A stretch of DNA of 63,770 nt, filler included, from Octopus bimaculoides (GCF_001194135.2; 5 parts of 5 records of this genome joined end to end with filler, not necessarily neighbours in it), one strand, 5' to 3'; positions 35,865 to 48,393 are shown, counted from the whole stretch's first letter. The notes: generated from the letters alone by a model not told the origin. Translations and numbers: made by a program.

Positions 35865-36010
35865 TTTTTTTTCTCCGTGTTTTTCTCCTTGTCTCCGTAT
35901 TCTTTCTGTTGAAGAGCGTAGCTCGAAACGTCAAAGACTTTCCGTATTCCCGAGCGTCATACTAATATATACTTTTGTTATTTACACCACCTGTCCTCGT
36001 CTGTTGTTAT
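35865..36010 (+). mobile_element. Penelope-like repeat fragment with hammerhead-like motif (family 2)
   Basis: TCTTT CTGTTGA A GAG CGTAG CTC GAAA C GTC AAAGA at 35901-35937. Confidence 0.55.
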
Positions 36011-36026
36011 TTTTTGTATATTCTCC

Positions 36027-36065
<39 letters not shown>

Positions 36066-36074
36066 CAACAATAG

Positions 36075-36241
36075 ATCTCGAAGCGCATAGAGCTATAGAT
36101 AATTATCCAGAAGGAGTTTTCAATCCAATATTTTCAAACCATTATATTTGGTTTTATGTGCTTGGAGATCCAATGTTCCAAAAACAGAATTATTTCACTT
36201 TATCACGAAAATTTATAAATTCTACTAACGATCAGCTTCAT
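36075..36241 (+). CDS. Candidate host coding exon (167 bp, phase 1-0), product unknown
   Basis: Strong donor CAT/GTGAGT; acceptor TAG after (TA)n, exact acceptor uncertain. Open frame (D)LEAHRAIDNYPEGVFNPIFSNHYIWFYVLGDPMFQKQNYFTLSRKFINSTNDQLH. Confidence 0.6.
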
Positions 36242-36317
36242 GTGAGTGTGTGTATGTATGTGCATGTGAGCTTGCATAAATTTATCCATCCATCCTACAT
36301 ACATACATACATGTTCT

Positions 36318-36349
<32 letters not shown>

Positions 36350-36522
36350 AGTTCTCTCAAGCAATCACGTTTGACTTCGTAGCTTGTGCCACGCTTTCAC
36401 TAATTGTTTTAAGTATGGAGTTACCAACAGATTTAGGCATTCTCTCGGCCTCTTGACTCATGACTCAACAAAGAATGTGACAGCTGATGAAAGAGAGCGA
36501 TGTAGAAGGAAAGAGAGAAAGA

Positions 36523-36564
<42 letters not shown>

Positions 36565-36649
36565 GAGAGAAGGGAGAGAAATAGAATAAAAACACAGAAA
36601 GAGAGCGAGAGACTGACAGAGCGAGAGTGAGAGCGAGAGAATGTGGGAG

Positions 36650-36765
36650 AGAGACCCACTTGAAATGAAGTACCCTGCTCAAGGACACGATGAACAGTTC
36701 GTCCCAGGAATTGAACCAACAACTTTATGATATGTGTTCGACATTGTAACTACTAGGTCGCTCGT
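36650..36765 (-). mobile_element. Degenerate CORE-type SINE head
   Basis: CCCTGCTCAAGGACAC...CCAGGAATTGAACC. Confidence 0.5.
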
Positions 36766-36829
36766 CATACACGCTCATATATATATATATATATATAATG
36801 TTTGTATGCTTGCATGTATGTACACACAC

Positions 36830-36860
<31 letters not shown>

Positions 36861-37144
36861 TATACACATATGCATGTATATATACTTGTGTGTGTACATA
36901 TATAAATATAAACAATATGAGAGATCACTATATGGATCCCTTGTATACTAAAAATAGACGTCAAACCGTCTTACACCCTAAATCTGTGTTCTCAACTAGT
37001 AAGACGCTTGTTGGTTTTTATTAGCAAGACAAATGAAAAGAAATAAGCATAGCACTTAATTCTATACCTTAAGGTTTCGACATGAACAATTCAACAATTG
37101 TCTGCGTCTCCTCAATGAAATCGGTACTGACACAACAATATATA

Positions 37145-37464
37145 CCGGCACTCTTTCGCTTACGACGACAAGGGTTCCAGTTGATCCGATCAACGGAACA
37201 GCTTGCCCGTGAGATTAACGTGCAAGTGACTGAGAAATCCACAGACACGCGTACCTCTTCACATACCTGTTAGGGAGGTTCAACATGACACAGAGTGGGA
37301 CAAGGCTGGCCCCTTAAAATACAGTTACTACTCATTTTGCCACCTGAGTGGACTGGAGCAACGTGAAATAAAGTATCTTGCGCAAGGAGACAACGCACCG
37401 CCGAGAATCGAACTCGCGACCCTATGATTATGAGCCGAATACCCTAACGACTAACCCACGCGCC

Positions 37465-37465
<1 letters not shown>
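37145..37465 (-). mobile_element. tRNA-head SINE with CORE-like block and a tail shared with 60967-61355
   Basis: GGGTTCCAGTTGATCCGATCAACGGAACAG tail; GTGAAATAAAGTATCTTGCGCAAGGA core; GAATCGAACTCGCGACC B-box (reverse). Confidence 0.85.
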
Positions 37466-37503
<38 letters not shown>

Positions 37504-38640
37504 NNNNNNNNNNNNNNNNNNNNNNNNNNNNNNNNNNNNNNNNNNNNNNNNNNNNNNNNNNNNNNNNNNNNNNNNNNNNNNNNNNNNNNNNNNNNNNNNN
37601 NNNNNNNNNNNNNNNNNNNNNNNNNNNNNNNNNNNNNNNNNNNNNNNNNNNNNNNNNNNNNNNNNNNNNNNNNTATATTATTTTTCCATATTTACACAGA
37701 AACAAGAAGTAAAGGACAAGAAACTGCCAATAACAAAATCAACAATGGTAAAATAAAAAATATTACTAAAAATGATCATAAAACTACAAAAAAAAAAGAT
37801 AATAAAGTCAAAACAAAATTAAATACGAAACCTTCCCCTTGGCCCTTCTCCTTTATAAAACGAAAATAAAAAAAAGAAAACTTAAGTGATAGAAAATAGC
37901 AAAGCAAAATATTTAAAAAAATAAGAGAAAAGAGAAAGAGGAATGTATATGAGATAATCAGCAACATCTATGTTTTACACGAAGTATGTACTTGTTGTAA
38001 CAGTCAACCTAGGAAGATATCATATCCAGATGTAGATTTTCAGGGACAGGAAATGGGATATTTTCGAAAAATTATTTCAGAAATCACCTCCCCACTTTCC
38101 TGTTTTCCCTCCTTCTACTTTCTTTTAATTTCTCTTTACCTCGTCACATCTTCTCCCATTTCCCTTTTGACTTTTGTCCTGTATTACTATCCTGCTTTTC
38201 ACCACCACCACCCCAACCGGTATGTTTGAAAATAAAATGGTAGTAAGTTAATGGACTGAAGTTACACAAAGGGACGGTGATAGCGTGCTGACAACAACGA
38301 AATCAACAACAACAACAAAAACGACGACGATCACGATGACGAAGTTGGTGAAAGTGGTGGTGAGAATTTGAAGAAAAACCGTCCAAACTTTAGGACGATG
38401 GCATACATGTTCATTCTTAACACATTCACGAACTAATGAATCTAGCAAGAGGTTTTGGCTCTTGTTCATAAAGTGAGAAAGCCAGTTATTTGCTATGTGT
38501 ATAGATATCTGCCAAACAGTTATAAAACATTATGTGCACGTTCAGCACAGAATCAGAACTTTGACAAAGCTTATTCAGTTTTAATATGTTCCGGCAGATT
38601 CGAACTCGAACATACTAATCACTCTTGTATTTCGTCACAG

Positions 38641-38680
38641 GAAAACAACTTCTTCACACAAATATGTGTTCATAAAACAG
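38641..38680 (+). CDS. Weak candidate 40-bp exon (ENNFFTQICVHKT-G), phase 0-1
   Basis: CTCTTGTATTTCGTCACAG acceptor, CAG/GTTAAG donor; phase-compatible with 36075-36241. Confidence 0.25.
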
Positions 38681-39153
38681 GTTAAGGAGACTTTGGGACA
38701 ACGGGTGTTTTGACATCATTGTGCCACCTCAGCCAAATATCTCTCTGAACTAATAAATCTAACAAGAATTTGAGGCTCTTGTTTATATGGTTTGTATCTA
38801 CACCAAACAAATTATTTCTTGATGCGCGCTGACAATATGTTGTGATGTGCACAGCGAACAGTGGGAATCAGAACAATGCGTATTGACCAAAACATGAAAT
38901 TATTATAAACAAACAATATAAGTAAGAACCAGAATAGTAATGTCTATCAAATCTTGTTAAGAGCTCATTTTCCCAGTAGTGTTTCCCTTACTACCTACAA
39001 ATGCAAAGATTTCTACACCTTACAGAATATACCATGCATGTGTATTGAAATTTCGAATATAAAATACTGTGTGTAACATATATACTGAGTATACAAACAG
39101 TACAAGATATATTTTGTCTCAGGGAAACATGAGTCTTAAAAACAGGTCTTCAC

Positions 39154-39301
39154 TTTGAATGCCAGTAAATCACCGGCGTTTCGGCCTGAATAGGTTTCTT
39201 CAGCAACGAACATCCTCGGATGTTCTAAGCCAAACCGAAAAAGTTTTGGCCCAATATCGAAAGATAGCCTCTGGTGATCCACTACCGTTCTGAGCGAAGG
39301 C
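39154..39301 (-). CDS. Weak candidate exon or retroelement relic
   Basis: Open frame PSLRTVVDHQRLSFDIGPKLFRFGLEHPRMFVAEETYSGRNAGDLLAFK between AACCACAG and GTGAAG; strand ambiguous. Confidence 0.25.
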
Positions 39302-40195
39302 CTGTGGTTTTTAACATAAAAGTTTCTGTGAGATAAAATCTTATAGCAAGTACACACCATAAATGATATACACAGCTGTATTCCCGAGAACGTGCGCGAT
39401 TTGATCCTCCAACACTGTCGGTCTACACACATAAATCGGGTCCTATAATAGCATTGTTCTACAAATAGTTCTCTGTACCAGTGAGATAAGGAGGAGCCCT
39501 GTGAAAATTGAAAGAATGTTTAATGTGTTCCACCAAATATGCTTGAGAAGGATTTTGAAACCTTACTGGCAACACCACATAACTAATGAAGACAGTCTAA
39601 AGAGAGCCAACACAGGACCACTTAGTGGAATTATCACAGAACGAAGCTTATGCATATAGACGGACTACCAGAACAACGACATTCTAAAACAGCTTTCAAA
39701 AAAAAAAAAAAGATATCATCGGAAAAGAAAATAAAGAAAAGACTGAAAACTTTATGGCCCAGAGCATGAGAGAGAGAGAGAGAGAGAGNNNNNNNNNNNN
39801 NNNNNNNNNNNNNNNNNNNNNNNNNNNNNNNNNNNNNNNNNNNNNNNNNNNNNNNNNNNNNNNNNNNNNNNNNNNNNNNNNNNNNNNNNNNNNNNNNNNN
39901 NNNNNNNNNNNNNNNNNNNNNNNNNNNNNNNNNNNNNNNNNNNNNNNNNNNNNNNNNNNNNNNNNNNNNNNNNNNNNNNNNNNNNNNNNNNNNNNNNNNN
40001 NNNNNNNNNNNNNNNNNNNNNNNNNNNNNNNNNNNNNNNNNNNNNNNNNNNNNNNNNNNNNNNNNNNNNNNNNNNNNNNNNNNNNNNNNNNNNNNNNNNN
40101 NNNNNNNNNNNNNNNNNNNNNNNNNNNNNNNNNNNNNNNNNNNNNNNNNNNNNNNNNNNNNNTATATATATATATATATATATATCCTTTCTATA

Positions 40196-40413
40196 ATAAT
40201 CCTTTCTACTATAGGCACAAAGCCTGGAATTTGTGGGGAGGGCGATAGTCGATTACATCGACCCCAGTACTCAACTGGTAATTAATTCGTCGACCCCAAA
40301 AGAATGAAGGGCAAAGCCGACCTGGGCAGAACTTGATCTCAGAACGTAACGACGTGCGAAATGCCGCTAAGCATTTTGTCCGCTGTGCTAACGATTCCGC
40401 ATGATCGCCGCCT
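40196..40413 (-). mobile_element. Near full-length Meta-like SINE, tail type B
   Basis: AATCCTTTCTACTATAGGCACAA...GTCGATTACATCGACCCCAG...GCTAACGATTC...CCGCCT. Confidence 0.88.
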
Positions 40414-40422
40414 CGTGGACTA

Positions 40423-40496
<74 letters not shown>

Positions 40497-40953
40497 GAAT
40501 AGGGAGAGTAAAAGAATTTTAATAGAAGACAAAAAAAAAAAACACCAGCAACGGCAACAGATACATAAAATCTCCGACTAAGAAGATTTAGTGCAAGATG
40601 ACCCAAATTGCATAACCATAGACCAAGACTGTGGCATCATAAATAGATAAAAATGAGGTGGAAAGGAGGGGTAGGCGGGGAGTGGGCAGAGGTAGATAGA
40701 TAAGAGTGGGTGGGTAGGCAGTAAGGTAGGAGTACACAAATACACATGTTTAAATGTTCCCCGTGCATACCAAAAAATATTCTGGCTAGATAAAAATTTA
40801 TAAATTTTTCTTCTTTATCTCGACTGTGAAATTACTTGAAGGAAATAAGGAGAAAAGGGAGAAAACCCTAAATGTTTTCATGTACATACTTGTATACATG
40901 TATACGTGTATGTATGTATGTATGTATGTATGTATGTATTTATACTTATTCTT

Positions 40954-41002
<49 letters not shown>

Positions 41003-41976
41003 NNNNNNNNNNNNNNNNNNNNNNNNNNNNNNNNNNNNNNNNNNNNNNNNNNNNNNNNNNNNNNNNNNNNNNNNNNNNNNNNNNNNNNNNNNNNNNNNNN
41101 NNNNNNNNNNNNNNNNNNNNNNNNNNNNNNNNNNNNNNNNNNNNNNNNNNNNNNNNNNNNNNNNNNGTGCAATGTATGTAATAAACAACACAGCGTGAAT
41201 AAGAGAATCAGAAGGACGGAAATATGCTTAAGTATTAAAACCTCTCCTTATGGCTGAAATGACGACGTAAGCACATTGCTTCTATGATATCTATGTACAA
41301 AAAAGGAGATACGTGACGGATCATTTCACAGTTTGTTCACCGCTCCTCAGAGGAGATATACACGGTTACGTTCTCTAATAATCAATGGCATCGAATATAG
41401 TACAAAAATATAAAGCAGGTACTTTCTTTACTGAAAAATTATCAGCAAATTGGGAAATAGCCTCCTTTGTACACAGAGACAGACGCAAATATCCACGCGC
41501 ACATCAAGCATGACCTCTTTCTTTCTTGGCTCGACTGCCAACCGCGAAGCATCTCTAACATTCCTGTGTCACGACTTTCATCTCTTATGTTCATCTCCCA
41601 TGTTCCTTCCTCATAACTTTCACTCTACACACGCCAGTTCAGTTTGATTCGTCTTTGCTGATCGAAAGATACCTATTGTTATTTTCTTAATATTTATATT
41701 TGTAATTGTGTAACATTTCCCCGTTCTCTTGTCTTTGTTGTCGTACACATTCGCGTGCTTTCTCCCAAAGAATTTAATGCTCTTAGCTTAAATTTTTGGG
41801 GCCAGCCAGATTTGAACAGTCTCAAGTGAAACCGGCCGAAACTATTGTGATTGTCTGGATACTTGACTGACGAGAGATTGCTGCAAATAACCTGTCCTTG
41901 TTTTTCCCGTCCGTCTTTTTATCGTCTATCTGTCTGGATGTTACATTGTCGTCTATTGCGTTCTTGCTCCAATTTT

Positions 41977-42012
<36 letters not shown>

Positions 42013-42122
42013 TATATAGGTATATATTTGCGTGCATGTGCGCGCGCGTGTGTATATAAGTACATGTACACGATATACATGTAATCCATCTTTTAAATAA
42101 TGACATTTCCCTAACATCGATG

Positions 42123-42159
<37 letters not shown>

Positions 42160-42175
42160 TCCTGTAAATATATAT

Positions 42176-42209
<34 letters not shown>

Positions 42210-42259
42210 ATATATATACTGTTAGTAAGCATGTGTAAGTACACAAACATATATATATA

Positions 42260-43530
42260 CAATGTGTCCGAAATTAAAGCAACGGAAGTTTCGGGCTTTA
42301 ATAACTATCAATAAATATGATAAGATATGAAAATTATACATCATTATAAAGCTTAGTGAGTCTTCTTTTGTTTCAGACTAAATAAATTCAGATTCTTAAA
42401 TTAGATAATGACTATAGATCGAAATACAATCATAACGCTCCACAAAGGAAGCTAAAGTAATACAGCTATAGCAAAAAAAGTTTAAAATTAACCGAACAAC
42501 AATCGGGAGAATCGTCAAGAAATTTCAAAAGACTGGTTCCACGCGGATCAAACTGGACGTGGCCGAAAAAGAAGTGTGCGAACCTCTCAGCTTATCAAAA
42601 GAACCAACGAAAAGAAATATACGGCGAAATCTTTATCGTTCCCCCAGAAAACTGGCTGTCACAGCGAAAATAAGCCGAACGTCGATGTATCGAGTGCTGA
42701 AAGAGGATCTTAGGACCCAACCCTACAAGATGATCCGCCGTCATGAGCTCACACAAGTTTGTAAGGCCAGGGAACTGGAAAGAAGTCGTCTTATTCTGCT
42801 GAAGGCACGCTGCCCAACCTGGTGCTCACTGATGAAAAGAAATTTGACATCGAACGGTAAGTAAACCACCTGAATGACAGGCTTTGGAGTGTTTCTGGCT
42901 CCGTTGAGGGTAGACTCGTTAATTGACGTCAAAATCCATAGTCAGTTATGGTTTGGGCGGCTTTGAGAGCCACTGGAAGGTCTCTCGTTGTTTTTGTGCC
43001 CTTCACTGATAAAATTAACACCCAGCGATACATTAGCGACATTCTGGAAGCTGAACTGCTTCCATGGGCGAATGAACACATTCAAGGCGCACTTTGGAGC
43101 CTTCAACAGGATTCGGCACCATCCAACAGTTCCAAACAGATACAACACTGGATTCAGATAAACATTCCGTCGTTCATAGGCAAAGCTGTATGGTCTTAAG
43201 AAGCTCCGATCAGAACCCGTAAGATTTTTCTATTTGGATCATTTTGGAGACGTGGGTTTCGAGCATTCTTCATTTGTACTCCAGTGACACTTTGATGGCA
43301 TGCACTGCTCTCTCGATGCTCTGAAGGCAAAACTGCACCAGGGATGGACTTCGATTAGGCAAGAACAGCTGCGTGCCGCGTATGAAACATTCGCACTTAG
43401 ACAGTGATCATATCGAATAAATGTGGTAGTGTCATAATTTTGTTTTCGTTACCATTGTATCGCAACGCTCGGAAATGTAACATTATTTTGCTTTGGCAAA
43501 ATTGAAAAAGTTGTTTTAATTTCGGGACAC

Positions 43531-43534
<4 letters not shown>
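42260..43534 (+). mobile_element. Tc1/maT-like transposon, near full length, pseudogenised
   Basis: TA-flanked TIRs CAATGTGTCCGAAATTAAAGCAAC / GTTGTTTTAATTTCGGGACACTCTG. Motifs VLTDEKKF, SVMVWAAL, SLQQDSAPS, then a degenerate SPDLNP.D-like segment. Confidence 0.9.
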
Positions 43535-43581
<47 letters not shown>

Positions 43582-43678
43582 ATGCATGTGTGAATGCATC
43601 AATGTTTCAATGTGTGTATGTATTCATAAATATATATATATATATGCTTATATAAATGAAAAGTAGTGTGCCATAGTG

Positions 43679-43715
<37 letters not shown>

Positions 43716-44284
43716 GAGAGAGAAAGGGAGGGGGATAAAGGAAAAAAGAATGAGGGAGAAAGAGGGTAAGAGAGTGAAAGAGAAAGGGAGAGAGAGAGAG
43801 AGAGAGTGAAAGCGCATGTTTGTGTGTATGCATAAGGATGAGTAAAATGAATGTATGAGAATTGAAGCATGTGTGCGTATGCATGTATGTATGTATGTAT
43901 ACATGTATATATATACGCATGTATGTATGTGTGTGTGTATGTGTGTGTGAGTATGTGTGCATGCGCGCGTGTTAATGAGAAAGAGAGAAAGGTGGAAGGA
44001 AATGCATTAAGGGCGGTTTTTGTAGGATAGTGTAATGAGACCCCCTAGGGACACCTTTAAGTAACAGTCAGGTATCAGATTCTTTCATGTAAGGGAACAG
44101 CAATGTGTAAAGTTTGTATGAAACATATGTTCAATATGAAAACATAATGAAAGCCGCTACATCAATAGGAGGTCAACAACCCACTCATTCCAATCGCTAA
44201 CATATGTGGGGAGAGCAGCATATGTACCTTTAGACATGTGCATGTACAAAAGTATGCGTTAAATACATGCATAATGTACGTGTC

Positions 44285-44470
44285 ATCTACTATAGCCTCG
44301 GGCCGATTAGAACTTTGTGAGTGGATTTGGTAGACGGGAACTGAAAGAAGCCCATCGTGTATATTTGTATATATATGTGTGTGTATGTGTGTGTATATGT
44401 TTGTGTGTCTGTGTTTGTCCCCTCAACATCGCTTGACAACCGATGGTGGTGTGTTTACATCCCCGCAACT
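44285..44470 (+). mobile_element. CORE-type SINE central part with short internal (TA)/(TG) tract
   Basis: CTACTATAGCCTCGGGCCGA...GAGTGGATTTGGTAGACGGGAACTGAAAGAAGCCC...GTTTGTCCCC...CATCGCTTGACAACCG. Confidence 0.85.
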
Positions 44471-44471
44471 C

Positions 44472-44506
<35 letters not shown>

Positions 44507-44510
<4 letters not shown>

Positions 44511-44593
44511 TAATTCGTTTTATTGGCCACAAGGGCTAGTATCAATTAAAAACATGTAAGGACAAAGACAGGACGAAGGCTACAAAAGGTTAC

Positions 44594-44653
<60 letters not shown>

Positions 44654-44955
44654 GGTTTCAAAGAATAGCATAATACCAACATTTTTTCGGGAAAGGGTAA
44701 GTCGATATACTCGCCAGGAATTCAATTTGTCGATCCTCAAGTGATGAAAGACGAGGTTAACTTCGTCGTCATCTGGAATTAGAACATAGAGCCAAAAGAA
44801 TGCAGCTAAGCATTATTGTCCAACGATTCTGCCAACTTACCGCGCCTTAATAATAATAATGGTTTCAAATTTTGGCACAATGACAGCAACTTGGGTCCTT
44901 GAAAATTTTGGGGGGAGGGGGGCTAGTCGATTACATCGACCGCAGTGCGCAACAA
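44507..44955 (-). mobile_element. Two degenerate Meta-like SINE pieces (tails A and B) interleaved with (AAT)n
   Basis: TATTGGCCACAAGGGCTA; AATTTGTCGATCCTCAAGTGATGAAAGAC; TTTTGGGGGGAGGGGGGCTAGTCGATTACATCGAC. Confidence 0.7.
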
Positions 44956-44958
44956 GTA

Positions 44959-45018
<60 letters not shown>

Positions 45019-45020
<2 letters not shown>

Positions 45021-46116
45021 GAGAGCAAATGGAGGAAGAGGACTGATAAGTGTGGAAGATTGCGTGCGTATCGAACTCGAGAGCTTAATGAGATACCTAA
45101 CCCAAAGTAAGGAAACCTTGCTAGTGACAGCTAGGAACGAGGGAGTATTGAGAGCAGAGAAAAAAGGGAAAACAAAAGAAGACGTACAAAAAGGACATGA
45201 AGAAGAATTACGCAAGAAGGGAATTCACAATCAATTCCATGTATACACAAGAGAAGTTGCTGGAAAAAATAGGTGGGATTGGCTGATGAGAGGAACATTG
45301 GAAAAAGAGACTGAGAGCACTATACTGGCAGTGCAGGTCCAAGCTCTGGCCACGAACTGGAGGATCAACCCGAGGAATGAGAAAGTGTCTTCACTGTGCC
45401 GCATTTGCAATAGAGTGGACGAAACCATTGCCCATTTCACAAACGAAGGCCCTATGCCACAACTGCAATGGAGAGGATGAGCCCATTGCCCATATCACAA
45501 ACGAATGTCCTGGACTTGCCCCAGACCACTACAAGTTGTGGCGACACGACCAGGTAGCGAAAGTGCTACAGTGTGAACTGTGCGAAAAGTGGGGGCTAGA
45601 GAGAGGCAAGACTTGGTATGAGCACAAACAACAGAGAGTGGCAGAATCAGAGACTAGCAAAATCGTCTGGGATTTCCCAATCCAAACAGATCAGGTGCTA
45701 GAGCACAAGGGACACACCTGGTGACTGTAGACAAGGTGCACTACATATGCTATATAGTTGATGTTGCATGCCCCTTTGACCCACGAATAGTCAAGAAGGA
45801 AGGCGAAAAGATAGGTAGATACAACCCTGTTAAGCACGAAATAGCCCGGATATGAAAAATGAAGATGGTGAAGATAGTGTCAGTTATTGCTGGGTCCTTG
45901 GGAACAATATCAGAAGGCATCAAGAGGAATATAAAGGAAATTGGAATGGAGTGCCCAATAGAACTGTTGCAAAAGATTTGCCGCCTTAGCACGGCCAGAA
46001 TAATCAGGTAAGTATTAGATAGCTGAAAGGAACGAATAGCATGGCACTGTAGGCTACAAGTAATAAGCCCGCTCCGCTGCAAGACTCCAGAAGCTCCAAC
46101 AAAATCTGTGATAAAG

Positions 46117-46119
<3 letters not shown>
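45019..46119 (+). mobile_element. R4/Dong-type (RLE) non-LTR retrotransposon, 5'-truncated
   Basis: GGRGLISVEDCV, WLMRGTLEKETESTILAVQ, CRIC...ETIAH...C, RHDQVAK, VWDFPIQTD, IVDVACPFD..KK..KI..Y, GSLGTI; (AAT)n on both sides. Confidence 0.9.
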
Positions 46120-46155
<36 letters not shown>

Positions 46156-46174
46156 TAATAATGATAATAATAAT

Positions 46175-46729
46175 GTCTGGATGCAGTACCAGGCAGTGGC
46201 TCTCATGGTTTCTGATCTTAATTGATTGGAAGTGTTATCATGTACATTGTTTTGTCTTGGTATAAAAAGATTGGCTACAGCAAATATTCTGCTTAATACC
46301 ACAGATTTGCTTGTCAGTTGTTTGACCTTAACCAGTTGAGCATGTCCCTTGGTGGGTGACGATATGTGCATCTCTGATCACGAGCAGAAGTAGTGGGGGA
46401 GCATCATAACCATGTGTTGAGAGGAATTCTTTGGGTTTGGATAATTCACCTCTGGAAACATGGGTGTTTTGCTCAACATCCTCAAACAAACCTTATTCAA
46501 GGACCTTTTGAGCGGGATGGGCTACTCGACCTGAATAAAATTCTAACTGGGACCCCACCTGCAAGGTCATACACTGTTTATCTTGATATGAGATCACTAT
46601 ATCACGCACACATGGTTGTGATGCATGTGCCTGGTGTACCCTTATCAGACGGGTAGTCATGATGGGTATATTGGGCTTCATATATTTTACCCCAGTGTCA
46701 CCTTGATGGCATGCCCTGCTCTCTCACTC
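46175..46729. mobile_element. Unclassified non-coding repeat of about 555 bp inserted in (AAT)n
   Basis: Flanked by (AAT)n on both sides; its right tip recurs as an insert at about 43273-43314. Confidence 0.6.
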
Positions 46730-46754
46730 AATAATGATAACAATAATAATAATG

Positions 46755-46813
<59 letters not shown>

Positions 46814-46814
<1 letters not shown>

Positions 46815-46995
46815 TCACAAGGCCAGTAATTTCGGGCAGAATCTAAGTTAATTACATCGATCCCAGTACTCAACTGGTACTTAGTTTATCGAACCCGAAA
46901 GGATGAAAGGCAGAGTCGACCTCGGCGGAATTTGAACTCAGAATGTGAAGTTGGACGAAATACCGCAAACATTTCGCCCTGCGTGCTAGCGACTC
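46814..46995 (-). mobile_element. Meta-like SINE, tail type B
   Basis: GAAAGGATGAAAGGCAGAGTCGACCTCGGCGGAATTTGAACTCAGAA. Confidence 0.85.
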
Positions 46996-47451
46996 TTCCT
47001 TTGTTTGCAAGCAAGGAATAACTATGGTCGTATTTTTTCAGTCTCTTTAACCTGGTCAGCAGCGCATAATCTAACTAAGCCAGTAGATGAGTTGATATGT
47101 GCGTAGTTTGAAAATACTAAATTAATAGCGGTAGGAATGTCTACAAGGCATCATAGCTTCCGGTCTTTTATTTAAAATTGTTAAAAGAAAAATATCTGTA
47201 ATAGAATGTTCTACTTGTCACTTCGGAACCATTAACAGAGGAAGACTCTTACGTTAGAAATCTTTATCATTATTTTAAAAAAATTAGCACAATACAACAA
47301 AAATCCTTTACTTAGCAAGTGTATTACTTTTAGAAGCTGTTGGCTCGCCCTGTGAGGAGCAGGAATGGCTAATCCTATTCCGCAAGGGAGGGGCCCGACA
47401 TAAATTCGTGAAAAAGTGTTCTAGGAAGGGTCGGAGGGAGGGAATCCTCAC

Positions 47452-47608
47452 CTGTACTAAGGATCCGGACTGGCCTCCGCAGGTAACTGCGGAAGTCGTG
47501 TCGGATAGTGACATATGTATGGTGGTGAATTCCTTCCCCATCGGCGAATTCCGTCTTGTGAATTGGCCCGACCCAGACCCATCGTTGTGCTTGAGTGAAG
47601 CGATGAGT
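47452..47608 (-). CDS. Candidate host exon (157 bp), reading frame ambiguous
   Basis: Acceptor TTTTTTCGCTCGCCAG, donor CAG/GTGAGG, GC-rich unique sequence. Two frames are fully open (THRFTQAQRWVWVGPIHK...; LIASLKHNDGSGSGQF...). Confidence 0.55.
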
Positions 47609-48327
47609 CTGGCGAGCGAAAAAATGTAAGAGGACGAGTGCCTCATATTGTGGGGTCATCTGACTCAATGAAAAATTGTACGAGGCAAGTGCCTTAATTT
47701 TTGTCTTCTCCCATTATACCATCATGTTTATCATTCATTTCATCTCATTAATGTGTTTGCCTAGTCCGCAGCTACTCTGTGTTCTGCCTCTATGGCGAAT
47801 TATGATGAAATAAAGTGTATTATTTTATCGATGGGTGAAAGGCAATATTGACCCCGGCACAGTTCTCTGTCTCAAAACGTGCAAGAACGCGACTAAACGC
47901 TGCAAAGAATTTTATGCACCCCTCTACCGATTCTGATCATGTGGTGCTCCAACTTTTCTGTTACATTACCGGCCTCAGAGACATTTCAATTATTTGGAAA
48001 CAAAATGGCAGTTGCTAAATTATTTTAACGAACAGCCATGTTAATTTAAATCATTAGGATAATAAGGTTAATTAGTGCAGTAAATATTTTGGTTCTCATA
48101 TCAGTATTTAAGCATTCTTATTTAGAAAACGTTTTCTCATAATTGACTTTAATTAGTAATATCAAGTTAATGTAAACAATGATTTCTGCTGATTAATTAA
48201 AAACCCAGCTGTTGGATATGTCAAGGAGGAATGGAATGATGTGAGATAGAGTGCAGTGGGAGTGGTCTGAAACACATAACTGAATTTAGTTAATATTTTT
48301 TTTCTGAATCACAAAGATTCGTTGGGT

Positions 48328-48336
48328 TTAATTTCC

Positions 48337-48393
<57 letters not shown>

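Noticed and set aside
41200-41660. Coding exon in a unique, protein-like block
   Set aside because: The best AG/GT pair has stops in all three frames, and no frame or strand stands out.
46500-46575. HDV-like ribozyme on the minus strand
   Set aside because: GACCTT/AAGGTC and AGC/GCT pairings exist, but I could not find P1.1, P2 or the catalytic C arrangement.
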